IMG/VR virus record: IMGVR_UViG_3300045993_000562
Location: 1-64,000 of that record
Reading direction: 5' to 3' (one strand)
Source: a virus
Length of the DNA: 64,000 nucleotides
The position numbers and the translations under genes are program-made. Positions 1-10,500 of this stretch are shown here, piece by piece. The notes under the pieces are model-generated. The model saw only the letters and a program-made list of their open reading frames with translations, had not been told where the DNA came from and ran no database searches. Each line of letters begins with the position of its first letter. Positions within the stretch are counted from its first letter, which is position 1.

Positions 1-167
1 AACCTACTGTAACTGCTCCATAGTAACTATTATACATATAGGCCCGAGTATTAAAGGGCCCATACGTATAATGATTTATAGGTAGTCAGAATGAGTTTAA
101 ACTCTTACATAATAGCGTGCATAATAGGTCTTGTCTTACTGTTATACTTATATAGGAGATTTTAGTA

Positions 168-722
168 ATGCCTAGGATAGACACTCTTCACCCCTCTTTA
201 AAAGCTAAGTACCAAAAACTGGAGTACTTGGCAATGGAACGGTTTGGTATTCGTATCAAACTTACCCAAGCCCTACGTACAGATGAAGAGCAGTACGCTT
301 ACTGGTGTAAAGGTCGTCTACCTTTGCCTGACGTTAATGCTGCTATGAAGAAAGCTGGGCTGTATTACATTACGGAAAAAGAGAACATCATTGTAACTAA
401 GGCTAAGGACGCTACTCTATCCTTCCACGGTTATGGATTAGCCTTTGACATAGTTATTATAAATTCAGATGGTAAAACATGTATATTTGATCCACACGCT
501 GATACTAACAACGACGGTATTACAGACTGGGACCAGATAGGTTCACTAGCTGACGAGTGTGGATTGGAATGGGGTGGTAACTTCTCTAGTATCTCTGATA
601 AGCCTCACTACCAAGACCGCATGGGCTGGACTATAGCAGCCCTAAGAAACAACAAAATCCCAAGTGGCCTAATGTTTGCTGATGCAGGCTCACTTTTAAA
701 TAAAACTACAATGGTGGCTTAA
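168..722 (+). CDS. Endolysin, peptidase M15 family (L-alanyl-D-glutamate peptidase-like)
   Basis: Motifs R-T-x-E-E-Q, SFHGYGLAFD, LEWGG and DKPHYQ are typical of M15C phage endolysins; first gene of the lysis cluster. Confidence 0.9.
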   Translation: MPRIDTLHPSLKAKYQKLEYLAMERFGIRIKLTQALRTDEEQYAYWCKGRLPLPDVNAAMKKAGLYYITEKENIIVTKAKDATLSFHGYGLAFDIVIINSDGKTCIFDPHADTNNDGITDWDQIGSLADECGLEWGGNFSSISDKPHYQDRMGWTIAALRNNKIPSGLMFADAGSLLNKTTMVA

Positions 723-1052
723 ATGGACCTATCTTTCGTATTACCCTACACCCCTTTTCTAATAATACTAATTACTGTATTGACTTTACTTATAAGCGCC
801 CACCTGGCTGCACCCTCTAGTACCCCCTTTTCTATCTACGATCTTATACAGGATAAAGAAACAGGTAAAGGCTCACTAGAGAAGGTAGGGGTGTTACTAG
901 CCCTTCTGCTTGTGGCGTACTGGTTCTGTAACTTGATATATCTTGACAAAGCTAACTGGGAAGACGCCATAGCGGTGAGCGGTATTCTAGGTTTAGCCAA
1001 GTTTGCTAATACTTGGCTGGCGGCTAAGTACGTTAATTCACCTAAGGCGTAG
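723..1052 (+). CDS. Holin-like membrane protein
   Basis: 109 aa with ~3 hydrophobic segments, abutting the endolysin. Confidence 0.6.
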   Translation: MDLSFVLPYTPFLIILITVLTLLISAHLAAPSSTPFSIYDLIQDKETGKGSLEKVGVLLALLLVAYWFCNLIYLDKANWEDAIAVSGILGLAKFANTWLAAKYVNSPKA

Positions 1053-1060
1053 TCGCCCTT

Positions 1061-1525
1061 ATGTCAGTTAAAATTGTAATAATCCTAAATAAGGACAACA
1101 TTTTCGGCAGGTTAACCAAGTTCTTTACTGGCTGTCCTGCGTACCATATAGGATTTCTAGATGAAGCGTCTAATCGCTTTTATGATATGAATCTATTATT
1201 CCGCAGAAGGATATGGCCTGTGTATGTAGGAGACCAATACGAAATGTATGATTGTCCTATCTCACTTTCAGCTGCAGACTTAGAGAGACAATTAGAGACT
1301 GACTGGGATTACTATGGAGTTTTAGACTACCTATTTTTTGGTCTAAGAAAAATTCCACAGTTTTTTGGCTTTACCGTAAAGAACTATAAAGGATCTATAT
1401 GTTCCGAAAAGGTCAACCAGATATTAATAGATCATGGGTGGGACTCTCCATGGGGTCTACATGATATGCCCCCTAGCCCTTGCGACTGGAGAACTTACTT
1501 AATAGCTTCTAAAACTTCCGTTTAA
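1061..1525 (+). CDS. Permuted papain-like (NlpC/P60-type) protein
   Basis: His (YHIG) precedes Cys (ICSE), the permuted arrangement. Confidence 0.55.
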   Translation: MSVKIVIILNKDNIFGRLTKFFTGCPAYHIGFLDEASNRFYDMNLLFRRRIWPVYVGDQYEMYDCPISLSAADLERQLETDWDYYGVLDYLFFGLRKIPQFFGFTVKNYKGSICSEKVNQILIDHGWDSPWGLHDMPPSPCDWRTYLIASKTSV

Positions 1526-1550
1526 AATAGGAGGATCAAAGGAGTAGTTA

Positions 1551-1883
1551 ATGTCGGATCCACTAACAACAGCCGCAGGAATTTTGGCTACATTAAAAAG
1601 TAGTATGGCAGTTATAGTCGCAGGAATACTGGGAGCAACTTTGTCTCTTAGATTTGCATCTCAATCCTTATCAGTGTGGGAAAAGATAACGACAGTAGGT
1701 TCAGGGGCTACACTAGCCCACTTCTTAGCATCTCCAACATCCAACTATTTTGATCTAACCCTGTATAATGAAACCATAGGATTTCTAATAGGGTTATTTG
1801 GATTATCGTTATGTGCAGCAATTATTGATGCCATGAAAAAATTGGACCTAGCTAATATAATTAGGAAGAAACTAGGAGTTTAA
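1551..1883 (+). CDS. Holin-like membrane protein
   Basis: 3 TM segments (AGILGATLSL...GFLIGLFGLS) and a basic C-terminus. Confidence 0.65.
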   Translation: MSDPLTTAAGILATLKSSMAVIVAGILGATLSLRFASQSLSVWEKITTVGSGATLAHFLASPTSNYFDLTLYNETIGFLIGLFGLSLCAAIIDAMKKLDLANIIRKKLGV

Positions 1884-1884
1884 C

Positions 1885-2250
1885 ATGACTATTGATACGA
1901 TTATACACGTACTATCTAATATTATTATATTCACCGTATGTACGTGGGCAGTTCTATCTCACAAGATACATGACGGGTTAATAATTAAACTAGGATTAAC
2001 TTTAATGGCGTTTGCGTCATTGGCTGATCTCTCCATGACCACTATAACGCCGGCTGGACTAGTTATGGATATGGGGGCAAGTGTAATTTGTATGGGGGTT
2101 TTTCTACGAGTGGAAGTGTACCCCAGGTACTTCAAGAATATTACGTACCTTTGTAATATCTGTAGTGCAGTACCTTTCACTAATAAAAAACGAAGACAGT
2201 CTGACTATTCAATAGCTAAGGGTAATGATGCCAATTCTAGAACAACTTAA
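1885..2250 (+). CDS. Membrane protein (holin/antiholin-like)
   Basis: 3 hydrophobic segments and basic KKRR tail, between holin-like gene and spanins. Confidence 0.5.
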   Translation: MTIDTIIHVLSNIIIFTVCTWAVLSHKIHDGLIIKLGLTLMAFASLADLSMTTITPAGLVMDMGASVICMGVFLRVEVYPRYFKNITYLCNICSAVPFTNKKRRQSDYSIAKGNDANSRTT

Positions 2251-2614
2251 GGCCTATATACTGGGTGGCGTGGCTGCAGTTTTTATAACGTTATCATTAC
2301 TATGCTGGTATCAGCAGGGTAAAATCACTGAGTTAAAGAAAGACATAACTAAGCTAGAGTTAGATATGTTAACTAAGTCTGGTTTGTTGGAAAGTTGCTA
2401 CAAGAGTATTGAAGATTTTAACAAGGCTCAGGGTGACGTATCAGGTGATGCCAAGAAGGCTGTGGATAAGGCAAAAGAATACTCAAAGGGTAATTATGAG
2501 ACCAGTCGTGACTTCGGCAGTAAGCTGCCTAAGACTTCAAACGACTATAAAAACACCACAGATTTATTCAACCTATACATATCTAAACGCCAGGCAGAAA
2601 GGGTCGCAAAGTGA
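2225..2614 (+). CDS. i-spanin (Rz-like)
   Basis: N-terminal TM followed by coiled coil, upstream of a lipoprotein gene. Confidence 0.75.
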   Translation: MMPILEQLKAYILGGVAAVFITLSLLCWYQQGKITELKKDITKLELDMLTKSGLLESCYKSIEDFNKAQGDVSGDAKKAVDKAKEYSKGNYETSRDFGSKLPKTSNDYKNTTDLFNLYISKRQAERVAK

Positions 2615-2919
2615 AGGATTTACTGATTGTGTTATTCGTAGCTTTTCTATCACTTAGTGTTAGTGGGTGCTCTTGGATGTGCCCTAAACCTGAGATTGTT
2701 ATAGTAGAGAAGAAGGTCCCTGTGGCTGTCAAATGTGACGCTCCTGCTGTAAACACGCCTACAGAGTACCCCTTTGATAAAGCTAAAAAAGAGATGACGA
2801 CTTTTGAGAAGCTTAGACTGGCTATAGCCGAGCTTGAAATCTATCGTGGCTACACCAAAGAGTTAGTTGCCGTCAAAGATAAGTGCACGGCTGATCCTTC
2901 TACAACCAAGATTAAATAA
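2611..2919 (+). CDS. o-spanin (Rz1-like lipoprotein)
   Basis: Signal peptide with lipobox VSGC and Pro-rich mature region. Confidence 0.75.
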   Translation: MKDLLIVLFVAFLSLSVSGCSWMCPKPEIVIVEKKVPVAVKCDAPAVNTPTEYPFDKAKKEMTTFEKLRLAIAELEIYRGYTKELVAVKDKCTADPSTTKIK

Positions 2920-3314
2920 TGGCACAACAACAAACCTACCATATAGAGATTGACGAAGGCACTGACTACTCTCAGGTCTTTACCATGACTGACAATACCA
3001 CTGGACTGGCTCAGAACCTAACAGGGTATTCTGCTCGTATGGACGTTAGAGGCATAGGCTACAATTCTCAGTTCAGCGTTAATATCCCCATTGCGTATGA
3101 TAGCGCCACCAGCGTATCTACTAGGGGTATCTCCTTAGGTGGGGCTGCCGGAACAGTTACAGTTACTATACCTTATTCGGATACTCTAGCTGGGGGTTGG
3201 AACGGCGGTACTACTGGTACTTACGATATATTCCTTACCGATACTCTAGGAGTTAGGTCTAAGTTTATTAAAGGTTTTTTTACTATTAAGCCAAGTACTA
3301 CAAAGCTCGTTTAA
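2919..3314 (+). CDS. Beta-rich virion/baseplate-associated protein
   Basis: NLTGYSARMDVR...GTYDI...KGFFTI pattern seen in small phage structural Ig-like proteins. Confidence 0.45.
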   Translation: MAQQQTYHIEIDEGTDYSQVFTMTDNTTGLAQNLTGYSARMDVRGIGYNSQFSVNIPIAYDSATSVSTRGISLGGAAGTVTVTIPYSDTLAGGWNGGTTGTYDIFLTDTLGVRSKFIKGFFTIKPSTTKLV

Positions 3315-3594
3315 GCTAAAAGAAACGTATTAGCCCCGTTTCTCTATTTTTTATTTCTTCAAAGCACTTGCAATACTGCTGATAGAGGACTTAATCTCTC
3401 CTACAGAGCCTAACAGTGTTTCAACCAGATCTGGACTCTTAGAGGACAGAACTTCCTGAATCGTAGCGTTACTCAACGACTCAATCATCATCTTACCAGC
3501 TTCTTCGTTGGCACAGGGGAACATCAGCTCACCAGACATGAGGGGGTGCGTAATGATCATCTTATGCCCCTCCTGTGCGTACTCCACTTTTACC

Positions 3595-4281
3595 TTAAGT
3601 ACTGCCACGTTTTGTCTCCTTGACTTTCTCATACTCAACATACAAACGCCCCGTTAATAGCTCAGCGGTTAGCAGCTCAGGCTTGGTAGTTTCCACGATT
3701 GAAGTGAGAACTTGATTATCCTCAATCACTGTCTCCATATCAAACTTGTTAGAGTTCCAGTTCTTAATGTAAGTCCCGGCTTTGTAACCGTTATTCTGAC
3801 GGAAGATGTTCAGCACGTTCTTAGGTACGTATAGGTTATATACGTCTTCTAGTGTCATACCTACTGAAACTGTCAAGACGAAGATGTCGTCAAGAAGTTC
3901 TATATCTGAGCTACGTACAGAGTCTGAAATTACTTCCCTAAGAACATCACGTAAGGCTTCCTGATCCATGATAGGCAGGTCTCCCAGCTCATCCTCGGTC
4001 CATCTGCTATTCAGGATCTCCTCTGCAGTCATATCATTCTCGATTGCTATCGAGAGTATGAAATGCCAGATGTCGATAACTTCCAGCTTGATTTGACCCC
4101 AGTCAGGCTTTTTAGAAGTATCCTTCCACCACTTCCAACTGGTATGGTTAAAGGCCTCCGCCGCCTCCAACATGATGGCATCTCGCCAGTTGTAGTTAGC
4201 GTTCTTCCAATCAGGATTAACCAAGGCATTCATCGTGCCCTGGAGTTTCAACATGTCTTCTAATCGTTGTAGGTCGTTCAT
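3595..4281 (-). CDS. dut: Dimeric (all-alpha) dUTPase
   Basis: WKWWK, EVIDIWHF and KNVLNIFRQNNGYK motifs. Confidence 0.9.
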   Translation of the reverse strand: MNDLQRLEDMLKLQGTMNALVNPDWKNANYNWRDAIMLEAAEAFNHTSWKWWKDTSKKPDWGQIKLEVIDIWHFILSIAIENDMTAEEILNSRWTEDELGDLPIMDQEALRDVLREVISDSVRSSDIELLDDIFVLTVSVGMTLEDVYNLYVPKNVLNIFRQNNGYKAGTYIKNWNSNKFDMETVIEDNQVLTSIVETTKPELLTAELLTGRLYVEYEKVKETKRGST

Positions 4282-4616
4282 TATCTATTCACCCTTCCGC
4301 TTGTGTCAGCTTCTACCGCCGGCACTACTACCTTAGCTGACACACATTCACCAAGCAACCCACTGTATGCGGCCATATCCACATAATCGTCTCGGTTATA
4401 GTTACCCTGACGGCCACGCACCATCTTTAACAGAATCATGAACTCCCAACCCTCTGATTCCGTTAATTCTTTTCCAGTCAATGCGTTAAATGTACGCACA
4501 ATTGTAGCCATACTACGCTCACCCTCAGGTTTATCACGTAGGGTTGCACGTTGTTTCATTACCGTCCCAGCTTCTTCTAGGAACGAATGAGCCTTATCTA
4601 CCACTGCTTCTGCCAT
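4281..4616 (-). CDS. Phage protein, DUF6378-like
   Basis: MILLKMVR...DDYVDMAAYSGL motif. Confidence 0.7.
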   Translation of the reverse strand: MAEAVVDKAHSFLEEAGTVMKQRATLRDKPEGERSMATIVRTFNALTGKELTESEGWEFMILLKMVRGRQGNYNRDDYVDMAAYSGLLGECVSAKVVVPAVEADTSGRVNR

Positions 4617-4771
4617 ATTTGAAATCCTTCATTTTTATTGTTCTTTTTTGTTCTGCTGCACACAGCATACAATACCTATTGATAACGTACTGCCCCTTAC
4701 CTTTAGGTCTGTACACACTTTCAACTACACCCCAACCTGTCCAGAGGTGGAGGTGTAGCTTTTTCTTTAGG

Positions 4772-5647
4772 CTATAAAGCCAAGTCTTTAGACCCATTTA
4801 GAATCTTCTCCAGGATAGTTAGACTAGTCCTGCCTCCGGCGGCAGTGTGATGTCCACCACCACCAAAAACCTTTGCAAGTGCCGATACATCAAAGGCGTT
4901 CTCCTTACTACCGTCTGACCGGAATGACATTACCACGTCATTATGGGGTCCAATGAAGTAGGTCATAGTGAAGTCTAATGAAGGGTCTTTGGTGTACATA
5001 GCCTGATTTATCTCGGATACGTTTTCTGTGACGTTTAAAATACCCACCATGTAAGGCCTACCTTTGAATAACATAGTCACCTTACGTACCCTATCTGGTT
5101 TAGTAGTAGAGTCTACCTTTGAGTCAGTATACTCACAGAGCACCTCACCTACGGCCAGTAAATCATTGATCAGTGTAGAATCCCACAATAAGACACTACC
5201 ATTCAACGTAGAGAGCCCGGTAGTAATTTCCTTGGTCTTAGCAAGCTTCCACTGCCATAGATCACGGTCTTGGACGTGTAACAAGATTGCAGGAATTTTT
5301 TTCTTACCGTGGAAGTATTCCCAGGCTAGAACAGCACCAGACTTAGTCATGTCAAACACACAGTCTGGCATTCCTATAAGGTCAGCCTCTGCCGTCTTAT
5401 GGTGATCAATTACAGTCACAGACTTATGTTTAGCACGAAGACTTAACAGGATGTCCTTAGGATATGAGAAGTCCAATACAAATACAGTCAGGCCAGCAGA
5501 GTTTTCTACCTCAGGAGGTATAGAGTTATTCCCGTACTGTACTGGGATATATGTGGCCCTATCACCTAACTTCTTCCACGCCGCATACTTGGCACCAGTG
5601 CCGTCTAAACAGTTACCGTGGTATAGTACTACTGTCGTCATTACCAT
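4772..5647 (-). CDS. DHH/DHHA1 phosphoesterase
   Basis: YHGNCLDG, DFSY, IDHH and GGGGHHTAAG motifs. Confidence 0.9.
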   Translation of the reverse strand: MVMTTVVLYHGNCLDGTGAKYAAWKKLGDRATYIPVQYGNNSIPPEVENSAGLTVFVLDFSYPKDILLSLRAKHKSVTVIDHHKTAEADLIGMPDCVFDMTKSGAVLAWEYFHGKKKIPAILLHVQDRDLWQWKLAKTKEITTGLSTLNGSVLLWDSTLINDLLAVGEVLCEYTDSKVDSTTKPDRVRKVTMLFKGRPYMVGILNVTENVSEINQAMYTKDPSLDFTMTYFIGPHNDVVMSFRSDGSKENAFDVSALAKVFGGGGHHTAAGGRTSLTILEKILNGSKDLAL

Positions 5648-5919
5648 TTCTCCTTAAAGCTTTTAAAAAGTGTTTCCACGTTCTCCATCACGGAAACAAT
5701 GAAGATCATAATGGAGGAGAGGATGGCACCTACTAAGGGCATTGTTATGTTGAATGCTATCATGGCCGGCAGTGACGTTATCATCATAAATCTACGTAGT
5801 ACTTTGTTTTTAATGCTACTAATGAAGGTAGCTCGGTATATATTGGGGGGATCTGCTGGAATGTAGTTGTCTTCTGGCCTATGCATGTTCAGCCTCCTTT
5901 GATGTTGTGTGAGTTTCAA
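5641..5919 (-). CDS. Hypothetical membrane protein
   Basis: ORF with RBS and hydrophobic C-terminal half. Confidence 0.5.
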   Translation of the reverse strand: MKLTQHQRRLNMHRPEDNYIPADPPNIYRATFISSIKNKVLRRFMMITSLPAMIAFNITMPLVGAILSSIMIFIVSVMENVETLFKSFKEKW

Positions 5920-6119
5920 AATATGCTCCTATATCTAAATTAATCGTACCTACGTTATACCAAAACGAGGTCCTTAATTGAACTAAAAAAGAGCCTGTTG
6001 CCAGAACCCTTTTAAACACGTTTTAACAACGTTTAACTTATCTTGAACATTCGTCATGGCCCACCGGATTCCGAGAGCTCCTAGATATGTTATACGTCGT
6101 TTAAACATGGTTGGTTATA

Positions 6120-6955
6120 AAAATAGACCACGACAATCACTTCAAGTAGAGGATTGCTTAGTGTGGTCTAATGAGTCGTACAGGCGATTCCAACCCCCAT
6201 ACGTTATTGCTCAATTTTGTTCGTCTCATGTTTCTGACTCTGCTGGGATGTCTGCAGTAGATATCTCACCAGTAGCTGGTATCCGTAGTTTTTAGTATAA
6301 AAACGGAGGTAACCAGCGGTTGGTGAAAGTTAAAAGTATAGAGTTACTCTATACAGGAACTTTCTAGTTCCATACACGAACATGTTTCTACAACTGGTGT
6401 TGCTGTTGCTGTTCACCTCATGCGCTTCTGGGGCCCTCCGTCATCCGAACCGGGTCCGCAGCTGAAGAAACTACATGTCTTCTTCAGGATCCTGCGTGCA
6501 CTCAGTGCCGTCGTCGTAGACGACAATCTGAGTGAGTAAAGAGTTATAGAGCAGAGTTACTCTACTCACCTTTATATAGTAAGGTTCTTATACGTGAACA
6601 TGCGTGTTAAACAAAGGTCAGATCACTCACAGAATTTGGAATGCCGGATCCCGCGGTCCGCCCGGCACCGGTTGGACCACGGTCCCTGGAGACGTCCCAG
6701 TTTCTGTCGTTTTGCGATCTTCAGGTGGATACGTAGTAGACACCTTTCGGTCGCAGTAAACCTAGAGTAGAGTTTCTCTACTCCAATACTGCTCAGATTA
6801 CTAAACTGACCTTTGTTCATTTAAACCAAAAAAGAGCTTGGCGGGATCTGAGAGGGAGGTCTCAGACAAGGTGCGCTCTTAGGCCGAAGCCCATTCTTAC
6901 ACCCCACAGGAGTTGGACGCGCTATGATCAGAGCGCATCCACGACACCCGCCTTT
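6120..6955. ncRNA. Cluster of putative structured non-coding RNAs
   Basis: ~1 kb without a convincing CDS; many hairpins, closing stems (aacaaaggtcag/ctgacctttgtt; ggcggg/cccgcc) and a recurring AGAG-N3-CTCTA hairpin. Confidence 0.5.
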
Positions 6956-7213
6956 GTCGGTTTTCTATTACGACAACATTGCTACAGCTTCTCTGTATAG
7001 GTTACAAGACATTCGATTAGGAATGTTTGCGTGAACGTTAATAATGGGTAACTTCGATGGCTCAGATAACTCCACTATTTCATCATTACGAGAAAACAGA
7101 AATTTACCAATTGAGTCTTCGAGTATTACTACCTCGTCGTATTGAGCGATAACCTTAGTCATTTTGTCTCCCGGTGACATTGACGTTTAAGAAGGTATAG
7201 TTCTTTACACTAT

Positions 7214-7243
7214 ACTTATACCAAAAATAGAGCTTAAGTTGAC
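7214..7243 (-). promoter_or_regulatory. Example of a recurring phage promoter motif TCAAyT-N~14-TGGTATAA
   Basis: ttatacc recurs upstream of minus-strand units at ~5955, 7216, 7595, 13301, 18125, 22769, 26731, 29478, 36799, 39191, 44695, 47074, 50114, 52229, 53734, 60301. Confidence 0.7.
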
Positions 7244-7250
7244 CTTAATT

Positions 7251-7511
7251 CTACTTAAAGTTTAACTGCATGTTGGTGAATTCGTGCACTGTAACACGAG
7301 TTGCATTAGCAAGTTTGAACAACGTGCGATATGAAGGAACATAGTTCTTAGCACCTTCAATAGTGATTGCTTTTTCGATACGCTTGATTGTTGCTGGAGT
7401 CAGACCTACTCGTGCTGCCATGTGTTTAACGGTCAGGCCATTTTCAATACGAGTTACACGAGTGTTTTTTGCGAGTTGTCTTACATCAATAGCTAGTTTT
7501 GGAGTTTTCAT
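7251..7511 (-). CDS. XRE-family HTH regulator
   Basis: GLTVKHMAARVGLTPATIKRIE...PSYRTLFKLA. Confidence 0.85.
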   Translation of the reverse strand: MKTPKLAIDVRQLAKNTRVTRIENGLTVKHMAARVGLTPATIKRIEKAITIEGAKNYVPSYRTLFKLANATRVTVHEFTNMQLNFK

Positions 7512-7660
7512 TTATCTGAGTCTCACTGATATTTAATTCGCTACTACTTAGCCGGAGTATGTCTAGCGTAAAACATACGTAGTGTTACACGGTGTTATAC
7601 CAATGAAACTCAGAAAGTTGAATACCAGATACGTCTGGTATAATGTGCTAAAATATAGGT

Positions 7661-7850
7661 ATGATAAAAACAAACTTCTACTTCAGCAGAGAGATACTAG
7701 ACAGGCTTAGAGTCTACTGGCATTAAACATCATGTAGACCACATAGTACCGCTCAGAGGTAAGAACGTATGTGGCCTGCATGTGCATTACAACTTACAGA
7801 TTATCCCTGCTTCAGAAAATCTACGCAAGAGTAACTCTTTTGAAGGGTGA
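7661..7850 (+). pseudogene. HNH endonuclease remnant preceded out of frame by a short RHH-like ORF
   Basis: 7701-7850 encodes [39 protein letters not shown] with no start; 7661 starts [16 protein letters not shown] in another frame. Confidence 0.7.
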
Positions 7851-8443
7851 TCCTCACTTAATACTTGTTTTAGATTATTCCACAATCCCCAATCAAAGAT
7901 ATTAACCCCTCTGACATTGGTGTTGTAAGGCTGACTATACAAGAGCTGTATCCACGGAGGATTAGGATTTACCCCGGTTATACATGGGTGATCATCCACT
8001 AGCACAGTACATTCCTGAACCCCAATCAGCGTCTTATCAGGTGCCAATATAGTTCTCTTAGCCCAGAAATGTCCCAGGTTTTCCGCCACCCATTGAATCT
8101 TTTCTGAGTGACACAAGTACTCTTCATATCCTGAGCTTGGCTTAGTACAGATGAATGGCTCTATGAAGTCTAGACAGTTCTCTTCGATGTCCTGTAGTGC
8201 CAGTTGAGCCTCGACGTACGGAGTCAGCTTCCTATAGAAGCCCTTAGCTTCACAGATTGCATCGACGTATGTGTGATACTTCTTGTCGAATGAGTCTTCC
8301 CAGAAGTACGAGACCAAATCATGAACTGACGGAATCTCATCATTGGGGAATATCACTTTTAACTCACGGTATATCTGCCCATACCAGTCAGCACAGACTC
8401 CATCCAGGTCAATCAGTAATACTATTTTTTGTTGGTTTACCAT
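7787..8443 (-). CDS. 5'(3')-deoxyribonucleotidase (HAD, NT5C-like)
   Basis: [18 protein letters not shown] and VDD motifs. Confidence 0.85.
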   Translation of the reverse strand: MVNQQKIVLLIDLDGVCADWYGQIYRELKVIFPNDEIPSVHDLVSYFWEDSFDKKYHTYVDAICEAKGFYRKLTPYVEAQLALQDIEENCLDFIEPFICTKPSSGYEEYLCHSEKIQWVAENLGHFWAKRTILAPDKTLIGVQECTVLVDDHPCITGVNPNPPWIQLLYSQPYNTNVRGVNIFDWGLWNNLKQVLSEDHPSKELLLRRFSEAGIICKL

Positions 8444-8752
8444 CTTTCCAATACCCCTTGGTAACGAAGTGGCCTTCAGGGCCAAACTCTCCGGTGTTTG
8501 TTAATTTCTGGAAGAACCAAATTAGGTCTACCGCTGTGTGTTTGAAATGAAAGAAGAAGAAGTCTGACATGGCGTCTGTCATGTGTTCCCATACTTTCAT
8601 GTTTGCAATTTCGATGTCACCCAGCTCTAGGCATTGAGGGCAAGGTGTTTCAGTTGTGTGAATCCTACCGTGCATGCATTTCATTTCGTAATCCTTACTT
8701 CGTTTAAGAAGTAGAGAATATACCATGCCGGTAGGAGGTTTGCAAGAGCTGG

Positions 8753-9031
8753 TTAGAAATCGCTGTCAGTGATAATTGATGTATCACTATGGCTAGTACA
8801 ATTCTTGCCACAGCTGTGCACCTCGTTGATAGAGGTAGTATGGGAGTTAGGACATCGTACTATCCACAGCTCCTTGTATCCGTCACTAACGGTGAATGCC
8901 TTGCACCCTTTGAGTTCAGGTATGGTGTTCATGACTGTGTTGTGGTCGGTACTCTGTGAGGACTTAGGGCTGCATCCCAGTAGGACAATGAGTACTAGTA
9001 ATACTACTAAGGTGTTTCTGACGATTTTCAA
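8753..9031 (-). CDS. Lipoprotein
   Basis: Signal peptide with LLGC lipobox. Confidence 0.65.
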   Translation of the reverse strand: MKIVRNTLVVLLVLIVLLGCSPKSSQSTDHNTVMNTIPELKGCKAFTVSDGYKELWIVRCPNSHTTSINEVHSCGKNCTSHSDTSIITDSDF

Positions 9032-9099
9032 TTCAATTCTCCTTTATGTTTTAAACAACTCACAAAGGCCCCTGTCTCCAAGAGCCTTCATGTGTTACT

Positions 9100-10500
9100 T
9101 TACTTCTTCTCGATGTCCTGAGTACCACGTTTCATACTGAACTCGTCCGGTGCCAGATTCGGATACAGGTTCTTAGTGTATGCACTATCCATCTTGTCAA
9201 TACCCTCAAATACATCATGGAAGTACTTACGTAACGTAGGGTGCACAGTCTGACCTGTACGCAACTCCATCACATAAGCCATCTGTGGCAAGTCATACGA
9301 CAACACTGTAGGAACAATAGTCCCCATAGGCAGTACGTACTGGTTCTTCAACTTAGCTGAGTAGTTAGCTGCAGCAGCCTTCATGTCTTCTTCCTCAGTA
9401 CGTAGAGGGTTCTCCTCAGGAACTGTGGTAGTCAGAAATGCTGCAATCTTATCCATAAGGTTATTAGCCTCGGCCTTGACTGCATCCGGCAACCGATCAT
9501 AGTACCACTGATGGAAACCCGAGGTGTTGTCCACCAAAGGCATACTGCAGTATCCACCACGATGACGTTGTAAGTCACGGAAGGAACCGAAGTCGATCTC
9601 GGAGAACACATCGAAACGACGCAGCCTAGCCATAACTTCATGCTTGTGAAAAGCAGTCTTAGCTGGACGTTTTTCCATGTGGCCAATCTCGCCATCCATG
9701 ATGTAGACATCTGGTTCATCCACGTGACGTATGAAGTAGTTAGCGTCAAACTTGATCGGACGTTCAGCGTAGAAGTTGAAGTATGAGTAGTTGTAAGCAG
9801 TTACCGCCGTATCTTCAGCCTTCAGCACTGCCGGGAATGAAGATGGATACTTCTCAGTCAACTGAATGTAGGCATTACTAGCCAAATTGCGAATTTCAGC
9901 CAGAGGATGCATCTTCAACAAGTCCAAATGCTCACGTGCCTTACGTAGAGAAGTTGTCCAAGCTACATTAGTAGCAGCGCCGCATGGTAGGAAGCCACGC
10001 ATGATATCGAAGGTCTTGGCCATGATGGTCTTTTCATATACATTCATGTCTGTATCTTCTTTAGGCATGAATTGTCTACGAAGATGAGCCTTCACAGGTT
10101 CGATGCTGCTCACGTAGAACTTACGGATGTCGTCCAGAAGAACCTCAGCCGCCTCGGCCACTTCAGGGTTCTCATCGTCGGCGTACGGGTTGAAGAAAGG
10201 CTGTTCTGACCAGTCAATGTAACGGCTAGAACTTTCTTGGCCGTTGAACAAAGGGTTATCTTCAATAGCTTTAGCTGCCAGCATTGAGACACCTTCGAAG
10301 TAGATGGTGATGAAACCACAGTCGGCAATGGAGTTGTGACCATACCCAACGTAGTACTGTTCCATGAACTTACCTGAGCCTACCTCTTTGAGACGTTCCA
10401 AGTGTTGCAATACACTGTCTGCAGAACGGCTGTACAATGCTTGTAACATTGCGTTGTCTTCAGGATTCTGTTCGGTGTGGATGATGATGTTTGATTTCAT
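9100..10500 (-). CDS. thyX: Flavin-dependent thymidylate synthase (long ThyX form)
   Basis: YGHNSIAD, QESSSRYID and FGSFRDLQRHR motifs. Confidence 0.85.
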   Translation of the reverse strand: MKSNIIIHTEQNPEDNAMLQALYSRSADSVLQHLERLKEVGSGKFMEQYYVGYGHNSIADCGFITIYFEGVSMLAAKAIEDNPLFNGQESSSRYIDWSEQPFFNPYADDENPEVAEAAEVLLDDIRKFYVSSIEPVKAHLRRQFMPKEDTDMNVYEKTIMAKTFDIMRGFLPCGAATNVAWTTSLRKAREHLDLLKMHPLAEIRNLASNAYIQLTEKYPSSFPAVLKAEDTAVTAYNYSYFNFYAERPIKFDANYFIRHVDEPDVYIMDGEIGHMEKRPAKTAFHKHEVMARLRRFDVFSEIDFGSFRDLQRHRGGYCSMPLVDNTSGFHQWYYDRLPDAVKAEANNLMDKIAAFLTTTVPEENPLRTEEEDMKAAAANYSAKLKNQYVLPMGTIVPTVLSYDLPQMAYVMELRTGQTVHPTLRKYFHDVFEGIDKMDSAYTKNLYPNLAPDEFSMKRGTQDIEKK

